Of a stretch of DNA of 64,000 nucleotides, positions 40,306 through 49,430 are shown one piece after another. A program made the position numbers and the translations under genes. Positions within the stretch are counted from its first letter, which is position 1, and each line of letters starts with the position of its first letter. Source of the stretch: Promethearchaeota archaeon (lineage in GTDB: Archaea; Asgardarchaeota; Heimdallarchaeia; Hodarchaeales; Hodarchaeaceae); the NCBI GenBank assembly GCA_048938105.1, contig JBHLMN010000020.1, positions 46,627-110,626 of the forward strand, given 5' to 3'. The notes under the pieces were generated by a model. The model was given only the letters and a program-made list of their open reading frames with translations, had not been told where the DNA came from and did no database searches.

Positions 40306-41289
40306 TTACATAATTGCTGTTATTGCAATTAAATATCCAACCAACGACCCTACCAATGGAATGAGTGCGGAGATGCGAACTATTTGAGGGATGGGGTACG
40401 AGTGCATTGACACAAGTCGCGTTAAGTTATTTTGATGCCTAATAATTGTTGTTTCATCACTCTTCTTAAGAATTAGTAGATGTATTACTTCTTGCTGATT
40501 AGATATCATTTTACTAAGGATTAAGTCATATTTTTTCCAACTTCGATAAATGGCAAGCCCACTCTGTGAAAAACCAAAAAATATCAACACTAAAAGAAAA
40601 CTGTTCAGAACAACAGTTAACAAATCAAATTGCATTAATGCAAAAAATAATGATATCGACGATGTCACAAGAAAAGGGAGGAGAAAAGAGAGCAATAGAA
40701 ATTCGAATAATAATGGAGGAAACTCACTGAAGATAAAGGGATAAATCCATTCGATATTAAAATCAATTGAAACTTTAGTCAGTTGGAATCTTTTTTTTCC
40801 ATTATCTTCATTGTAAGCGATAAATTCATTAAGTAAATCAACATTGTCCAATCTCCTGAAAAGAGACAGCATTTGTTCATGGTAATTAGACCAATTAGAT
40901 TGACTGAAAAACGATTTGTATAGGATTGCTATTATAGAGAAAGAAATACCCAAGAAAGCAGCAATTCCAACAGCGATCAATAGACCAGCAGATATTTCAG
41001 AAGGAATGTTCTGTAATGGATTTATATAAATTCCTAAAAAGAAGTCGCTGATATTACTAATTGTGAATAATGCCGAACCTATCCCAAGGAATCCTAAAAT
41101 AAGAGCAATAACCAGAGCGAGGATTTTTTGACGTTTAGGTCGATTCTGATCAAACATTTTCTTTTCTTTTTGTAAATAATCGACAAAGTTCTCAGATTTC
41201 TTATCATAAGGAATCTCTTTCCTTATCTTCCAACTAAGTGCTTCTTCCAAAACAATATTTTTCTCTAACTGGTTCATTGCTATCGCCAT
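40306..41289 (-). CDS. Multi-pass membrane protein of unknown function
   Basis: About 5 TM segments. Confidence 0.65.
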   Translation of the reverse strand: MAIAMNQLEKNIVLEEALSWKIRKEIPYDKKSENFVDYLQKEKKMFDQNRPKRQKILALVIALILGFLGIGSALFTISNISDFFLGIYINPLQNIPSEISAGLLIAVGIAAFLGISFSIIAILYKSFFSQSNWSNYHEQMLSLFRRLDNVDLLNEFIAYNEDNGKKRFQLTKVSIDFNIEWIYPFIFSEFPPLLFEFLLLSFLLPFLVTSSISLFFALMQFDLLTVVLNSFLLVLIFFGFSQSGLAIYRSWKKYDLILSKMISNQQEVIHLLILKKSDETTIIRHQNNLTRLVSMHSYPIPQIVRISALIPLVGSLVGYLIAITAIM

Positions 41290-41530
41290 TTTTCTAAAAG
41301 CTCTATATCCTTAGAAAGAAGTTGCATCCAAAGGCACTCTTAAATAATTTTCTTCTCTTTTACGAACAAATATTCCGCAATGAATGATATAATAAAAGCC
41401 TGCCTTAAGATTCAATACAAGGTTAAGTAAAGATGATTACTGCATCAAATACAACACATTCAATACATGATGGCTATTATTGGAATACATTTCAACAGAT
41501 CTCTCATCTTAACAAATTCATATAATAAAA

Positions 41531-42778
41531 ATGGAAGGAATCAAGATGATGAAACTTCTCAAAACGAGAATTATTGCTATCTTATTAATACTTCCTTTTC
41601 TACTACCTCTAAATTTCCAATGTTCTTCCAAGATTATGGAACTTCCGCATAATAGCCAAGAACCTGATTATTGGCCTACTAAAATGTGGAGATCCTCATC
41701 TCCTAAAGAACAAAATGTGAATTCTGAAAAATTACAAGAAATGTATGAGTACATTAATTCTACTCCTCTGGGGACTGCGGGGATGCGTTCAATTCTTATT
41801 ATCCGGAATGGATACATCATCTATGAGAACTATTTCAATAATGATTACAATGAGAATAGAAGTTACAATATTTACTCGTGCACTAAAAGCATTACTTCAG
41901 CACTCATTGGAATTACAATCGAAGAGGAGTTTATTGGAAGCGTTGAAGATAGGGTTCTAGATTATTTCCCCAATCAAGTATTTAAAAATCTTGATGCTCG
42001 CAAAAAAAATATGACTCTTGAAGATCTTCTTACAATGACATCAGGACTAAGTTGGGATGAAAAAAACTACAATGATCCAGACAATGATTTCATCCTAATG
42101 TGCGGAGCTTCGGATGCTGTCCAATATGTTCTGGATAAACCAATGGTTGTTGATCCAGGGACAACTTGGGTATATAATGGAGGTTGTTCCCATCTTCTTT
42201 CTACTATCATTAATAAGACAACTAGTATTGGAACACAAAAATATGCTCAAATCCGCCTGTTTGATCCCCTTGGTATCGATGCTCCCTCTTGGACTGAAGA
42301 TCAGAAAAATATTCCGAATGGTGCCGCTCATTTAAGATTGACAGCGCGTCAGATGGCCAAGTTTGGTTTTTTATACCTCAATAATGGAACCTGGGAAGGG
42401 AAGCAGATTGTTCCAGCTGACTGGGTTACTCGTTCGACTCAAGTAGCAACTTCTCTTCAAAATGAAGTATTAGGCTATGGTTATCAGTGGTGGATTTCGC
42501 CTTATCGCAATTCTTATAGTGCTCGGGGATACTTAGGACAATACATCCTTGTTATGCCTGATTATAACCTTATTATTGTATTTACCGCCAGATCGAATAC
42601 TGTAGGGTATGATACTTTAATCAATGAGTACATAATCCCTGCTCTAGGATTTACATCTCCCGCTCTTCTTTCAGATCATTCGAAGAATGAGATTGTTTCA
42701 TTTATTGATCTATCAATCTTTTTCATTCTTATCTTAGGCTTTTCTATTACAATCATGCTTTTCCATAAGAAATTGTAA
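41531..42778 (+). CDS. Secreted serine hydrolase, beta-lactamase/AmpC-like family, with C-terminal TM
   Basis: SCTK (SxxK), LLTMTSGL, PGTTWVYN, LFDPLGI, YGYQWW, ARGYLGQ. Confidence 0.92.
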   Translation: MEGIKMMKLLKTRIIAILLILPFLLPLNFQCSSKIMELPHNSQEPDYWPTKMWRSSSPKEQNVNSEKLQEMYEYINSTPLGTAGMRSILIIRNGYIIYENYFNNDYNENRSYNIYSCTKSITSALIGITIEEEFIGSVEDRVLDYFPNQVFKNLDARKKNMTLEDLLTMTSGLSWDEKNYNDPDNDFILMCGASDAVQYVLDKPMVVDPGTTWVYNGGCSHLLSTIINKTTSIGTQKYAQIRLFDPLGIDAPSWTEDQKNIPNGAAHLRLTARQMAKFGFLYLNNGTWEGKQIVPADWVTRSTQVATSLQNEVLGYGYQWWISPYRNSYSARGYLGQYILVMPDYNLIIVFTARSNTVGYDTLINEYIIPALGFTSPALLSDHSKNEIVSFIDLSIFFILILGFSITIMLFHKKL

Positions 42779-42788
42779 TACATTCAAA

Positions 42789-42809
42789 CTTGCATTACTT
42801 GAACAAGTT
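42789..42809. promoter_or_regulatory. Putative autoregulatory operator CTTGCATTACTTGAACAAGTT
   Basis: Just upstream of a TTTAAAAA TATA-like box of the GbsR-type gene; matches 40159-40179. Confidence 0.5.
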
Positions 42810-42854
42810 ACGGAAGGTTTAAAAACCCACCACCACCAACCTTAGATAAAATAA

Positions 42855-43433
42855 TTGTCAGGTCGATTTATTATGGCCGAATCTACTGATGATGACCAAA
42901 GTCAAGATATTTTGAAGTTAGAGGAGGAAATTTCTAATTTTTTCGAAGATTTCATGTATGATGAACGTGGTGGATCCCCTCTTCTCGGACGTATTTATGC
43001 TTTATGTGTTTTATCTTCCCCTGAGAAACCTTTACTTCAAAAGGATCTTGTCGACAAATTTAAAGTGAACCCCTCTACAATTAGTCGGAATTTAAAAGAG
43101 CTTGAAAGCTGGAATCTAATTGCTCGAAGGCGTGAACCAGGAAGCCGTGAATGGAAGTATCAGGTTGAACCCACCTCTTTCCGTGAACTTCTAATACAAA
43201 CATATGATGACAATGCAAATACTTTACAAGAAAAAGCTGCTGAACTCAACAGAATCCGTGAACATTGGGGTATATCACTTTCTAAGCAATCAAAAATAAC
43301 AAAAAAAGGAGAACATACTCTTAATGTTCTGGATATTTTGATTGAATGGATTAGTATTGTAGAGAGAGAACTTGGATCTTTCATTGGTAATTTGCAGGAG
43401 CTCTTTTTAGAATTAGAAAAACGTCTCACATGA
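42855..43433 (+). CDS. GbsR/MarR-family transcriptional regulator
   Basis: LGRIYAL...LQKDLVDKFKVNPSTISRNLKELESWNLI..RREPGSR...Y. Confidence 0.88.
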   Translation: MSGRFIMAESTDDDQSQDILKLEEEISNFFEDFMYDERGGSPLLGRIYALCVLSSPEKPLLQKDLVDKFKVNPSTISRNLKELESWNLIARRREPGSREWKYQVEPTSFRELLIQTYDDNANTLQEKAAELNRIREHWGISLSKQSKITKKGEHTLNVLDILIEWISIVERELGSFIGNLQELFLELEKRLT

Positions 43434-43449
43434 ACTAAATCCGTTAGAT

Positions 43450-44358
43450 TTACTTTCTAGCATGCTGTACGATGGCTTTTATTATCTTTGGTGCTACTTC
43501 GGCTGGAATGCTATGTCCCATCCCTTCTATTATCATTAATTCCGCGTTTGGAATGACTTCAGCTGTTTCTTTTCCCCCCTCAATAGGAACTAATGGGTCA
43601 GCATTTCCATGAATGACGAGAGTTGGTACTTTTACGTTTTTCAAATCTTCTTTTCTACTGCCAGACGCTAATATAGCTGCTAATTGCCTTGCTGATCCCT
43701 CTGGATAATAACTACGATCGTAAGCGCGACCTGCACGTTCTCGGACATAATCTTCATCAAATGATAGTATCCCACCATTCAAAAATCTCCAGGTTTTCAC
43801 CGAATCTTCGATATATTCAGCTCGATCTGATGGAGGAGGTGTAATTAGGATAGATATTGCCTCTGGTGATGGTTGTGGTAATTCTGTATTGCCTGTTGAC
43901 GACATAATTGAAGTCATTGTTCGAACTCGTTTAGGATAGTGTATAGCTATGGTTTGAACAATCATACCTCCCATGGATGCACCAACGATATGAGCAGTAT
44001 CGACCCCCAAGGCATCAAGTAGTCCTATTGCATCAGCAGACATATCTAGCAAGGTGTATGGAGCCTCAACTGCCTCTCCTTGTTGAACTTTCATCATTAA
44101 CTCCATTAAATTAGGAACACCTGCTTCTTCAAACTTTGTCGTGAGGCCAACGTCGCGATTATCAAAGCGAATAACCCAATACCCCTGTGCTGCTAATTCT
44201 CGGCAAAAAGCTTCATCCCAATATATCATCTGCGAACTTAATCCCATGATAAGCAACATGGGAGGATTAACAGAATCCCCGAAGGTATCGTAAGTAATTT
44301 CAACCTCACCGACCTTAACAGAAGTTTCTTCGCTTTGTGTTCCTTTTCCCATAATCAT
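43450..44358 (-). CDS. Alpha/beta hydrolase (esterase)
   Basis: LIMGLS, FDNRDVG, GASMGG, HGNADPL, GMGH. Confidence 0.93.
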   Translation of the reverse strand: MIMGKGTQSEETSVKVGEVEITYDTFGDSVNPPMLLIMGLSSQMIYWDEAFCRELAAQGYWVIRFDNRDVGLTTKFEEAGVPNLMELMMKVQQGEAVEAPYTLLDMSADAIGLLDALGVDTAHIVGASMGGMIVQTIAIHYPKRVRTMTSIMSSTGNTELPQPSPEAISILITPPPSDRAEYIEDSVKTWRFLNGGILSFDEDYVRERAGRAYDRSYYPEGSARQLAAILASGSRKEDLKNVKVPTLVIHGNADPLVPIEGGKETAEVIPNAELMIIEGMGHSIPAEVAPKIIKAIVQHARK

Positions 44359-44613
44359 ATCTCCTTTTTCTATTGTTATTTCAAATAGACTTCCATAGAC
44401 AAATAAAAATCTTTTGATGTCGTTCTAAACCATGGTCACAAGCTATTGATTTTGATGTAATCTTACTAGATATCTAATAAAGGAATTCTATGATAGTTTT
44501 AGTTATTGATTAAGGTTTCGTATAAGAAGAAAAAATAGGCATTGAGTGAGGAAGCGAGATAAATCTGTACAGAAATCCAGTTCAAATGCAATAAAAAGGC
44601 TGATTAATTTCAA

Positions 44614-45873
44614 ATGGCTGCATTGAAGGGCTCTAATAAAACGATTTGGATAGCAGGGCTTGGAACAATTCTCACTACTTTCCAATTAGTGATTATAGGG
44701 AATTATATTGTAATCTTTTTGAAAGAAGATTTACTCACCGCTATTATTCTAATTACACTTATTATTTCATTAAGGAATGCTCTACAACTCTTTTTACGAG
44801 TACCATTTGGGGATCTTTCTCAGATAATTGGTCGTAAACCTTTGATTTTAGGTGGTCATTTTAGTTTCACTATTTCATTATTCTTAATGTCTATTGCAAC
44901 TAACTGGATCTGGGTTTTAATAGCGATTGTGTTCGTTGCAATTGGAATGAGTGCTTTTTGGCCTTGTATGTTGGCTTATATTTCAGACATTTCCTCCAAT
45001 AATAACTCTGGAGGATCAATTGGTCGTATGTTTCAGCTGTCTGATATAGGGTCAATAGTGGGATTACTAATATCCAGTTTGATTTTGGATGAATACCAAT
45101 TGACATTAACTGATCTTTTTAGTATTGCTGCAATTTTGGCATTCTTTTTTGGATTAATAAACATTATAATTCTACCAGAAAGTCTAGATAAAATACATAG
45201 AAAACAAATTGTAAGTATTCCAAAAGCAATAATGACTTCATTTTCCTCCATGCTCTCCACATTAAAGCAGATGACTTTAACAAAAGACCTGACGTTGGCA
45301 TATATCTTCCAATTAATAGTGGCTTTTACTGAATTTACCGCAACAACATTTTTACCCTTACTTATTGTTCAAAAAGGATTTAGTCGTGGAGATGTCTCTG
45401 AAATTGGACTATGGGCAACTTTAGTGACTTTATGGTTCAAACCATTTCTAGGAAAATTAACTGATAGATTTCATTTCATTTATGTCATTACTAGCACGGT
45501 GATGATCTATTCTCTAGCTTTGTTTGCTTTTACTATTATCAATGATTATCTTCTACTGATAATTCTCTTTGTCATTATGAATGCGTCTTTAATAACAGCA
45601 TATATGGCTGAAAACAATGAGGTGGCTAGAAGAGCTCCTTTTGCCCTTAGAGGTACAGCCCTTGGGAGTTTAGGCTTCTATGTAGCCTTAGGTCGTACCT
45701 CCTCAACTGTTATATCAGGTCCCATTTGGGAGATTTTCGGGTTAACAGGTGTCTTTAACATCATCATTCTCGGAGTTCTTGTCATTATACTAATTCTATT
45801 TTTCATGAATAGACCGAAAAGGGAACCATTGAGAATGAAAAGTAAGTCAGTTTCCTATGTTATACAGGATTAA
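44614..45873 (+). CDS. MFS transporter
   Basis: About 12 TM; GDLSQIIGRK and GKLTDRF motif-A copies. Confidence 0.9.
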   Translation: MAALKGSNKTIWIAGLGTILTTFQLVIIGNYIVIFLKEDLLTAIILITLIISLRNALQLFLRVPFGDLSQIIGRKPLILGGHFSFTISLFLMSIATNWIWVLIAIVFVAIGMSAFWPCMLAYISDISSNNNSGGSIGRMFQLSDIGSIVGLLISSLILDEYQLTLTDLFSIAAILAFFFGLINIIILPESLDKIHRKQIVSIPKAIMTSFSSMLSTLKQMTLTKDLTLAYIFQLIVAFTEFTATTFLPLLIVQKGFSRGDVSEIGLWATLVTLWFKPFLGKLTDRFHFIYVITSTVMIYSLALFAFTIINDYLLLIILFVIMNASLITAYMAENNEVARRAPFALRGTALGSLGFYVALGRTSSTVISGPIWEIFGLTGVFNIIILGVLVIILILFFMNRPKREPLRMKSKSVSYVIQD

Positions 45874-48065
45874 GATTCATAAAAACTAATTTTAATATCA
45901 TCTACTACTTTCTCTATCTCTTCTTTGATCTGAAGTGGTAAGAGAAGATCCTGTACATGTGGTTCGATCACATCTGATATATCTCGTGCTTTGGCAACTT
46001 CATATTCGTAGTCTAATTCAAGAGGATCAATGATTAGTTCAAACAACTTTGCTACTTTTCCAGGACGCGTTGCTCTCCCGATTCGTTGGATTTGTTCTCT
46101 CCTGTTTCGAGTTCCAGACACGATAATTATTGTATCTGCAGGTGCATCAAATCCTTCGTTAAGCATTTTAACAAGTACAAGAGTCCGTATCTTCCTCTCT
46201 CTAAATTGATCCAAAATTAAATTGAGCTCACGATCATTCATCACAGTATGCCCAGTCAATACTGTTGTTTCTATTCCATGTTCCTTCAAATAAGAATTAA
46301 TTTTCATTGCATGTTTAATACGGCTAGTAAAGATAAGGGTTTGAGAAGTTACTGGCGACTCTAAAAGCTTACGAATTGCTATTAATTTATTCACTGCTTG
46401 TCTTGATACTTTTCCGTATGCACTCTTCCCTTTACGGTTTAAATAACCCTTTTCATCAGCAGTTAAGGGTATATGAATCCGTTTAAAATAAATAGGGGCA
46501 ATGAAACCTTCTCTAGCAAGAAGTCCATAAGATATCTTATGGATAATTGGCCCCATAGTAGCAATTACTAAACTACTATGGACACTTTTCTCAATTGTGG
46601 CAGATAATGCTAATCGGCGTGGGATCTCTAGATCCACAGCAATTTGCCTGAATGTTTCAGCTTGGATATGATGAGATTCATCTGCTATCAAGAGCCCAAA
46701 TTTATGCGTAAAGAATCCGATTGTGTCTTCTACTAAAATTTTTTCACGAAGAGGCTTAGTAGAACTGTCTTCATTTTCAAAAGCGTGTAAATCCTGTAAA
46801 TATTGACTTAAGAGCTGATAGGTTGAGACGACAATGGGGTATTCGCGAAATGCTTTTTTCTGGCCATTAAAGATCCCTATTCGTTCTGCAGGAATTGATA
46901 GGAATTTTGAGGTTAAATCAACCCATTGATCCACAAGGGCAAGATTTGGGACTAAGATTAATGTTCTTTCATGGATATGTCGAATTGCATCAATTCCAAT
47001 GAGAGTTTTTCCAGCACCAGTAGGTAATTGAATAGAGCCAAAATAGTAATTTTCTTTCCATTTATCCATGGCTTCCTGTTGATAAGACCGAAGAGTATAA
47101 TTTTGCTGTGTTGAGAAATCATATTTTTTTAGTGATGGCTGAAAAGTATGGAATTGAAGATCAAATAATGGAGGATTATTTGAGTTATTCAGCGTTTGAT
47201 GGACAACATACCAGAAGTGGTTTGCTCTAAAGGCTGCCCAGTATTGTACTTGGATCTCTTGGGGGCCAATTTGGCTGATACAGGGAATATAATCCGCTTG
47301 AGGATCATCCTCTGATCTGGTCGCCATAAACCGGGCAAAAACATTAAATAATGAGTGAAACCACTTATTAAATTCTTTATTCCATCGAATTCGTAAACGA
47401 TCATCCGAATCGGTTTCAACTACGATGCTGAATTCTTTGCTAGCAACTTTCTCCAGTTTCTTGAGTTTTTGTTTAGCTTTCTGAGCGAATATAATTTTGC
47501 ATCCAGCTTTCTGTAATATTTCCAGATCTTCTCGAGCTAATTGTGGAAATTTCAATTCAAATTTAGTTGCTCTATGTGTTCTATTCTGCTTCCAATAACC
47601 ATTATGTGTTTTCCAATTGCGCTGCCAAATGCTGAATTGTTCTTGTACCCAAGGAGAATAAAAAAACTTTCTATCATAGTCTACAGAGTTAGATTCTTTT
47701 TCTAGGTACAGAAAAAGCTCTTCTACATTGATGGGCCTTGTTCGTTCCGCTTTGTAATGTGGGCGACGGGCAGGAATCCATGCATTTAACTGTGTAAAAG
47801 GGTGCCATGGAAATTCTACCAAAAATGTCAGATCATTCTGGACTTTTACTTGATATTTACCTTTTTTCTTAATAAACATTTCCCAAGCGGCTTTGGAAAT
47901 GTCTGCACCTTCTCTACGGGGACTTTGTTTACCGCGTAACCCAAGTGTTGGTGAAGAACACACGTGAGTGCGTATATTATGTCTACATAGGGGTGCGGAG
48001 CACTTACTGCATCGATAAATCCGCTCACCTTTTTCAGCGCAGTCATTGCAAATTTCTAAAGACAG
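45870..48065 (-). CDS. XPB/Rad25-like SF2 helicase with N-terminal AN1/B-box-like zinc finger (extended 34 codons to a CTG start)
   Basis: LRSYQQEA, LPTGAGKT, DESHH, LSAT, EGFD, QRIGR; frame open upstream of the GTG at 47963, giving LSLEICNDC...CSKC....CRHNIRTHVC. Confidence 0.85.
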   Translation of the reverse strand: MSLEICNDCAEKGERIYRCSKCSAPLCRHNIRTHVCSSPTLGLRGKQSPRREGADISKAAWEMFIKKKGKYQVKVQNDLTFLVEFPWHPFTQLNAWIPARRPHYKAERTRPINVEELFLYLEKESNSVDYDRKFFYSPWVQEQFSIWQRNWKTHNGYWKQNRTHRATKFELKFPQLAREDLEILQKAGCKIIFAQKAKQKLKKLEKVASKEFSIVVETDSDDRLRIRWNKEFNKWFHSLFNVFARFMATRSEDDPQADYIPCISQIGPQEIQVQYWAAFRANHFWYVVHQTLNNSNNPPLFDLQFHTFQPSLKKYDFSTQQNYTLRSYQQEAMDKWKENYYFGSIQLPTGAGKTLIGIDAIRHIHERTLILVPNLALVDQWVDLTSKFLSIPAERIGIFNGQKKAFREYPIVVSTYQLLSQYLQDLHAFENEDSSTKPLREKILVEDTIGFFTHKFGLLIADESHHIQAETFRQIAVDLEIPRRLALSATIEKSVHSSLVIATMGPIIHKISYGLLAREGFIAPIYFKRIHIPLTADEKGYLNRKGKSAYGKVSRQAVNKLIAIRKLLESPVTSQTLIFTSRIKHAMKINSYLKEHGIETTVLTGHTVMNDRELNLILDQFRERKIRTLVLVKMLNEGFDAPADTIIIVSGTRNRREQIQRIGRATRPGKVAKLFELIIDPLELDYEYEVAKARDISDVIEPHVQDLLLPLQIKEEIEKVVDDIKISFYES

Positions 48066-48271
48066 GGCTTATACCCATCCTCGTAAAGAGTTCACACAGG
48101 TAATTATTCTCTCTTTTCTTTAAGAAAACTGTTTAGAGAGGAGTTTAGTTAAAAAAGCCTTTTTTAAGGCAAAAAAATTTCTGATCCAGTTAATTATCCA
48201 TATAAATGGGAGTTTTCCCTCAAGAAGAACATCTCCCTTTTTTTCTAAAAAACCTTTTGTTATGATTTCTT

Positions 48272-49264
48272 TCAGAGTTCTTTTTCTAAGTGATGACCAC
48301 AATTTTCACAGAAATTGTCGTCTCTAAGAATCATATCACCACAGTTAGAACAAAAACGAACATAATCGTTAATTTCAACAGGAGAAATATCGAGAAAACT
48401 TTCCAATGAATGTTGGGGAGCGTCTCCAACCCGTTTTCGGACATCAACCATCTTTACCTCTTCGGGCCTTTTTAAGGGTTGTTTTAGTAGAATAGCTAAC
48501 TGCCTGGCATTCGCTGGGGCACTTCCGTGGGGGTGATTGTTAAAATAGGTGAAAATTTCTTTCAATCCTCTATTTCTTGTTAATGTTTGGATTTTTGACA
48601 CCCAAGGGCTTAATTCCTTAAGAGAATATTGATAATTGTACCAAGGTTTAAGACCATGGCCATGGAATCTGATGTAAGTGAAATCTGCCGTTACTGGTGT
48701 TATCGGAGGTAGTAATGGTTCATCTACAATGCAGTAAGCGGCATTATATTGTGACAAAAGCTCAAGTGTCTGATCCAGTCGTTTGTGTTCAACCCAAGAT
48801 GTATGTCGAAATTCTACAGCTAACCTAATGTTGGTTGGCCAGTACTTCAAAAATATGCTAAGCTGTTTGAAATTATCCGTGGAAAATTTTGGAGGTAATT
48901 GGAGTAGAGCTGGACCTGCTTTCTTATGTAATCCATTTTGAATAGTATCTAAAAATGGGCGTAATTCTTCCCAGTAACCTTGATTAAAATCGAGTTTTTT
49001 TCTATGAGTTATATGACGCGGGATTTTGTAGGAAAAAATGAAATTATTAGGAACATTCAGCCCCCATTTATTCACAACAGCAGCTCTAGGAAAATGGTAA
49101 AAAGTCGTATTTATTTCTACTGTTGGGAATATTTCAGCATAAAAAGATAATCGATGCTGTGTGGTTAAACCTGGGGGATAAAAAGGGAGACGAGTTTTTT
49201 CTTGACGAGCCTGCCAGTCAGAGTACCCGAAACCACTTGTTCCTATTAAGATTTTTGCAGACAT
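48272..49264 (-). CDS. DUF72 family protein with C-terminal zinc ribbon
   Basis: IGTSG, TVEINTTFY, LLQLPP, VEFRH, YIRFHG, YFNNH; FCSNCG...FCENCG. Confidence 0.92.
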   Translation of the reverse strand: MSAKILIGTSGFGYSDWQARQEKTRLPFYPPGLTTQHRLSFYAEIFPTVEINTTFYHFPRAAVVNKWGLNVPNNFIFSYKIPRHITHRKKLDFNQGYWEELRPFLDTIQNGLHKKAGPALLQLPPKFSTDNFKQLSIFLKYWPTNIRLAVEFRHTSWVEHKRLDQTLELLSQYNAAYCIVDEPLLPPITPVTADFTYIRFHGHGLKPWYNYQYSLKELSPWVSKIQTLTRNRGLKEIFTYFNNHPHGSAPANARQLAILLKQPLKRPEEVKMVDVRKRVGDAPQHSLESFLDISPVEINDYVRFCSNCGDMILRDDNFCENCGHHLEKEL

Positions 49265-49430
49265 AACTTCTCCTCTAAGATATACGAGGATATAATTAGA
49301 AATGTAACAATTTAAACCTTTTGAATTCGGTGATTCAAATCATGTCTATACTTGTAAACCTCTTCTGGTAATTTTCTTGTGGATACCTATTTAAAATCGT
49401 ATAATTTCTTCTAATTGGTGTCTTGTTATT

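Noticed and set aside
47846-48046. 66-aa ORF overlapping the helicase 5' end
   Set aside because: Shadow frame; the helicase frame encodes a coherent zinc finger over the same bases
49180-49215. Extra residues (QARQEKTRL) in the DUF72 N-terminus as an intron
   Set aside because: Only a short direct repeat (CTCGTC), no hairpin or BHB
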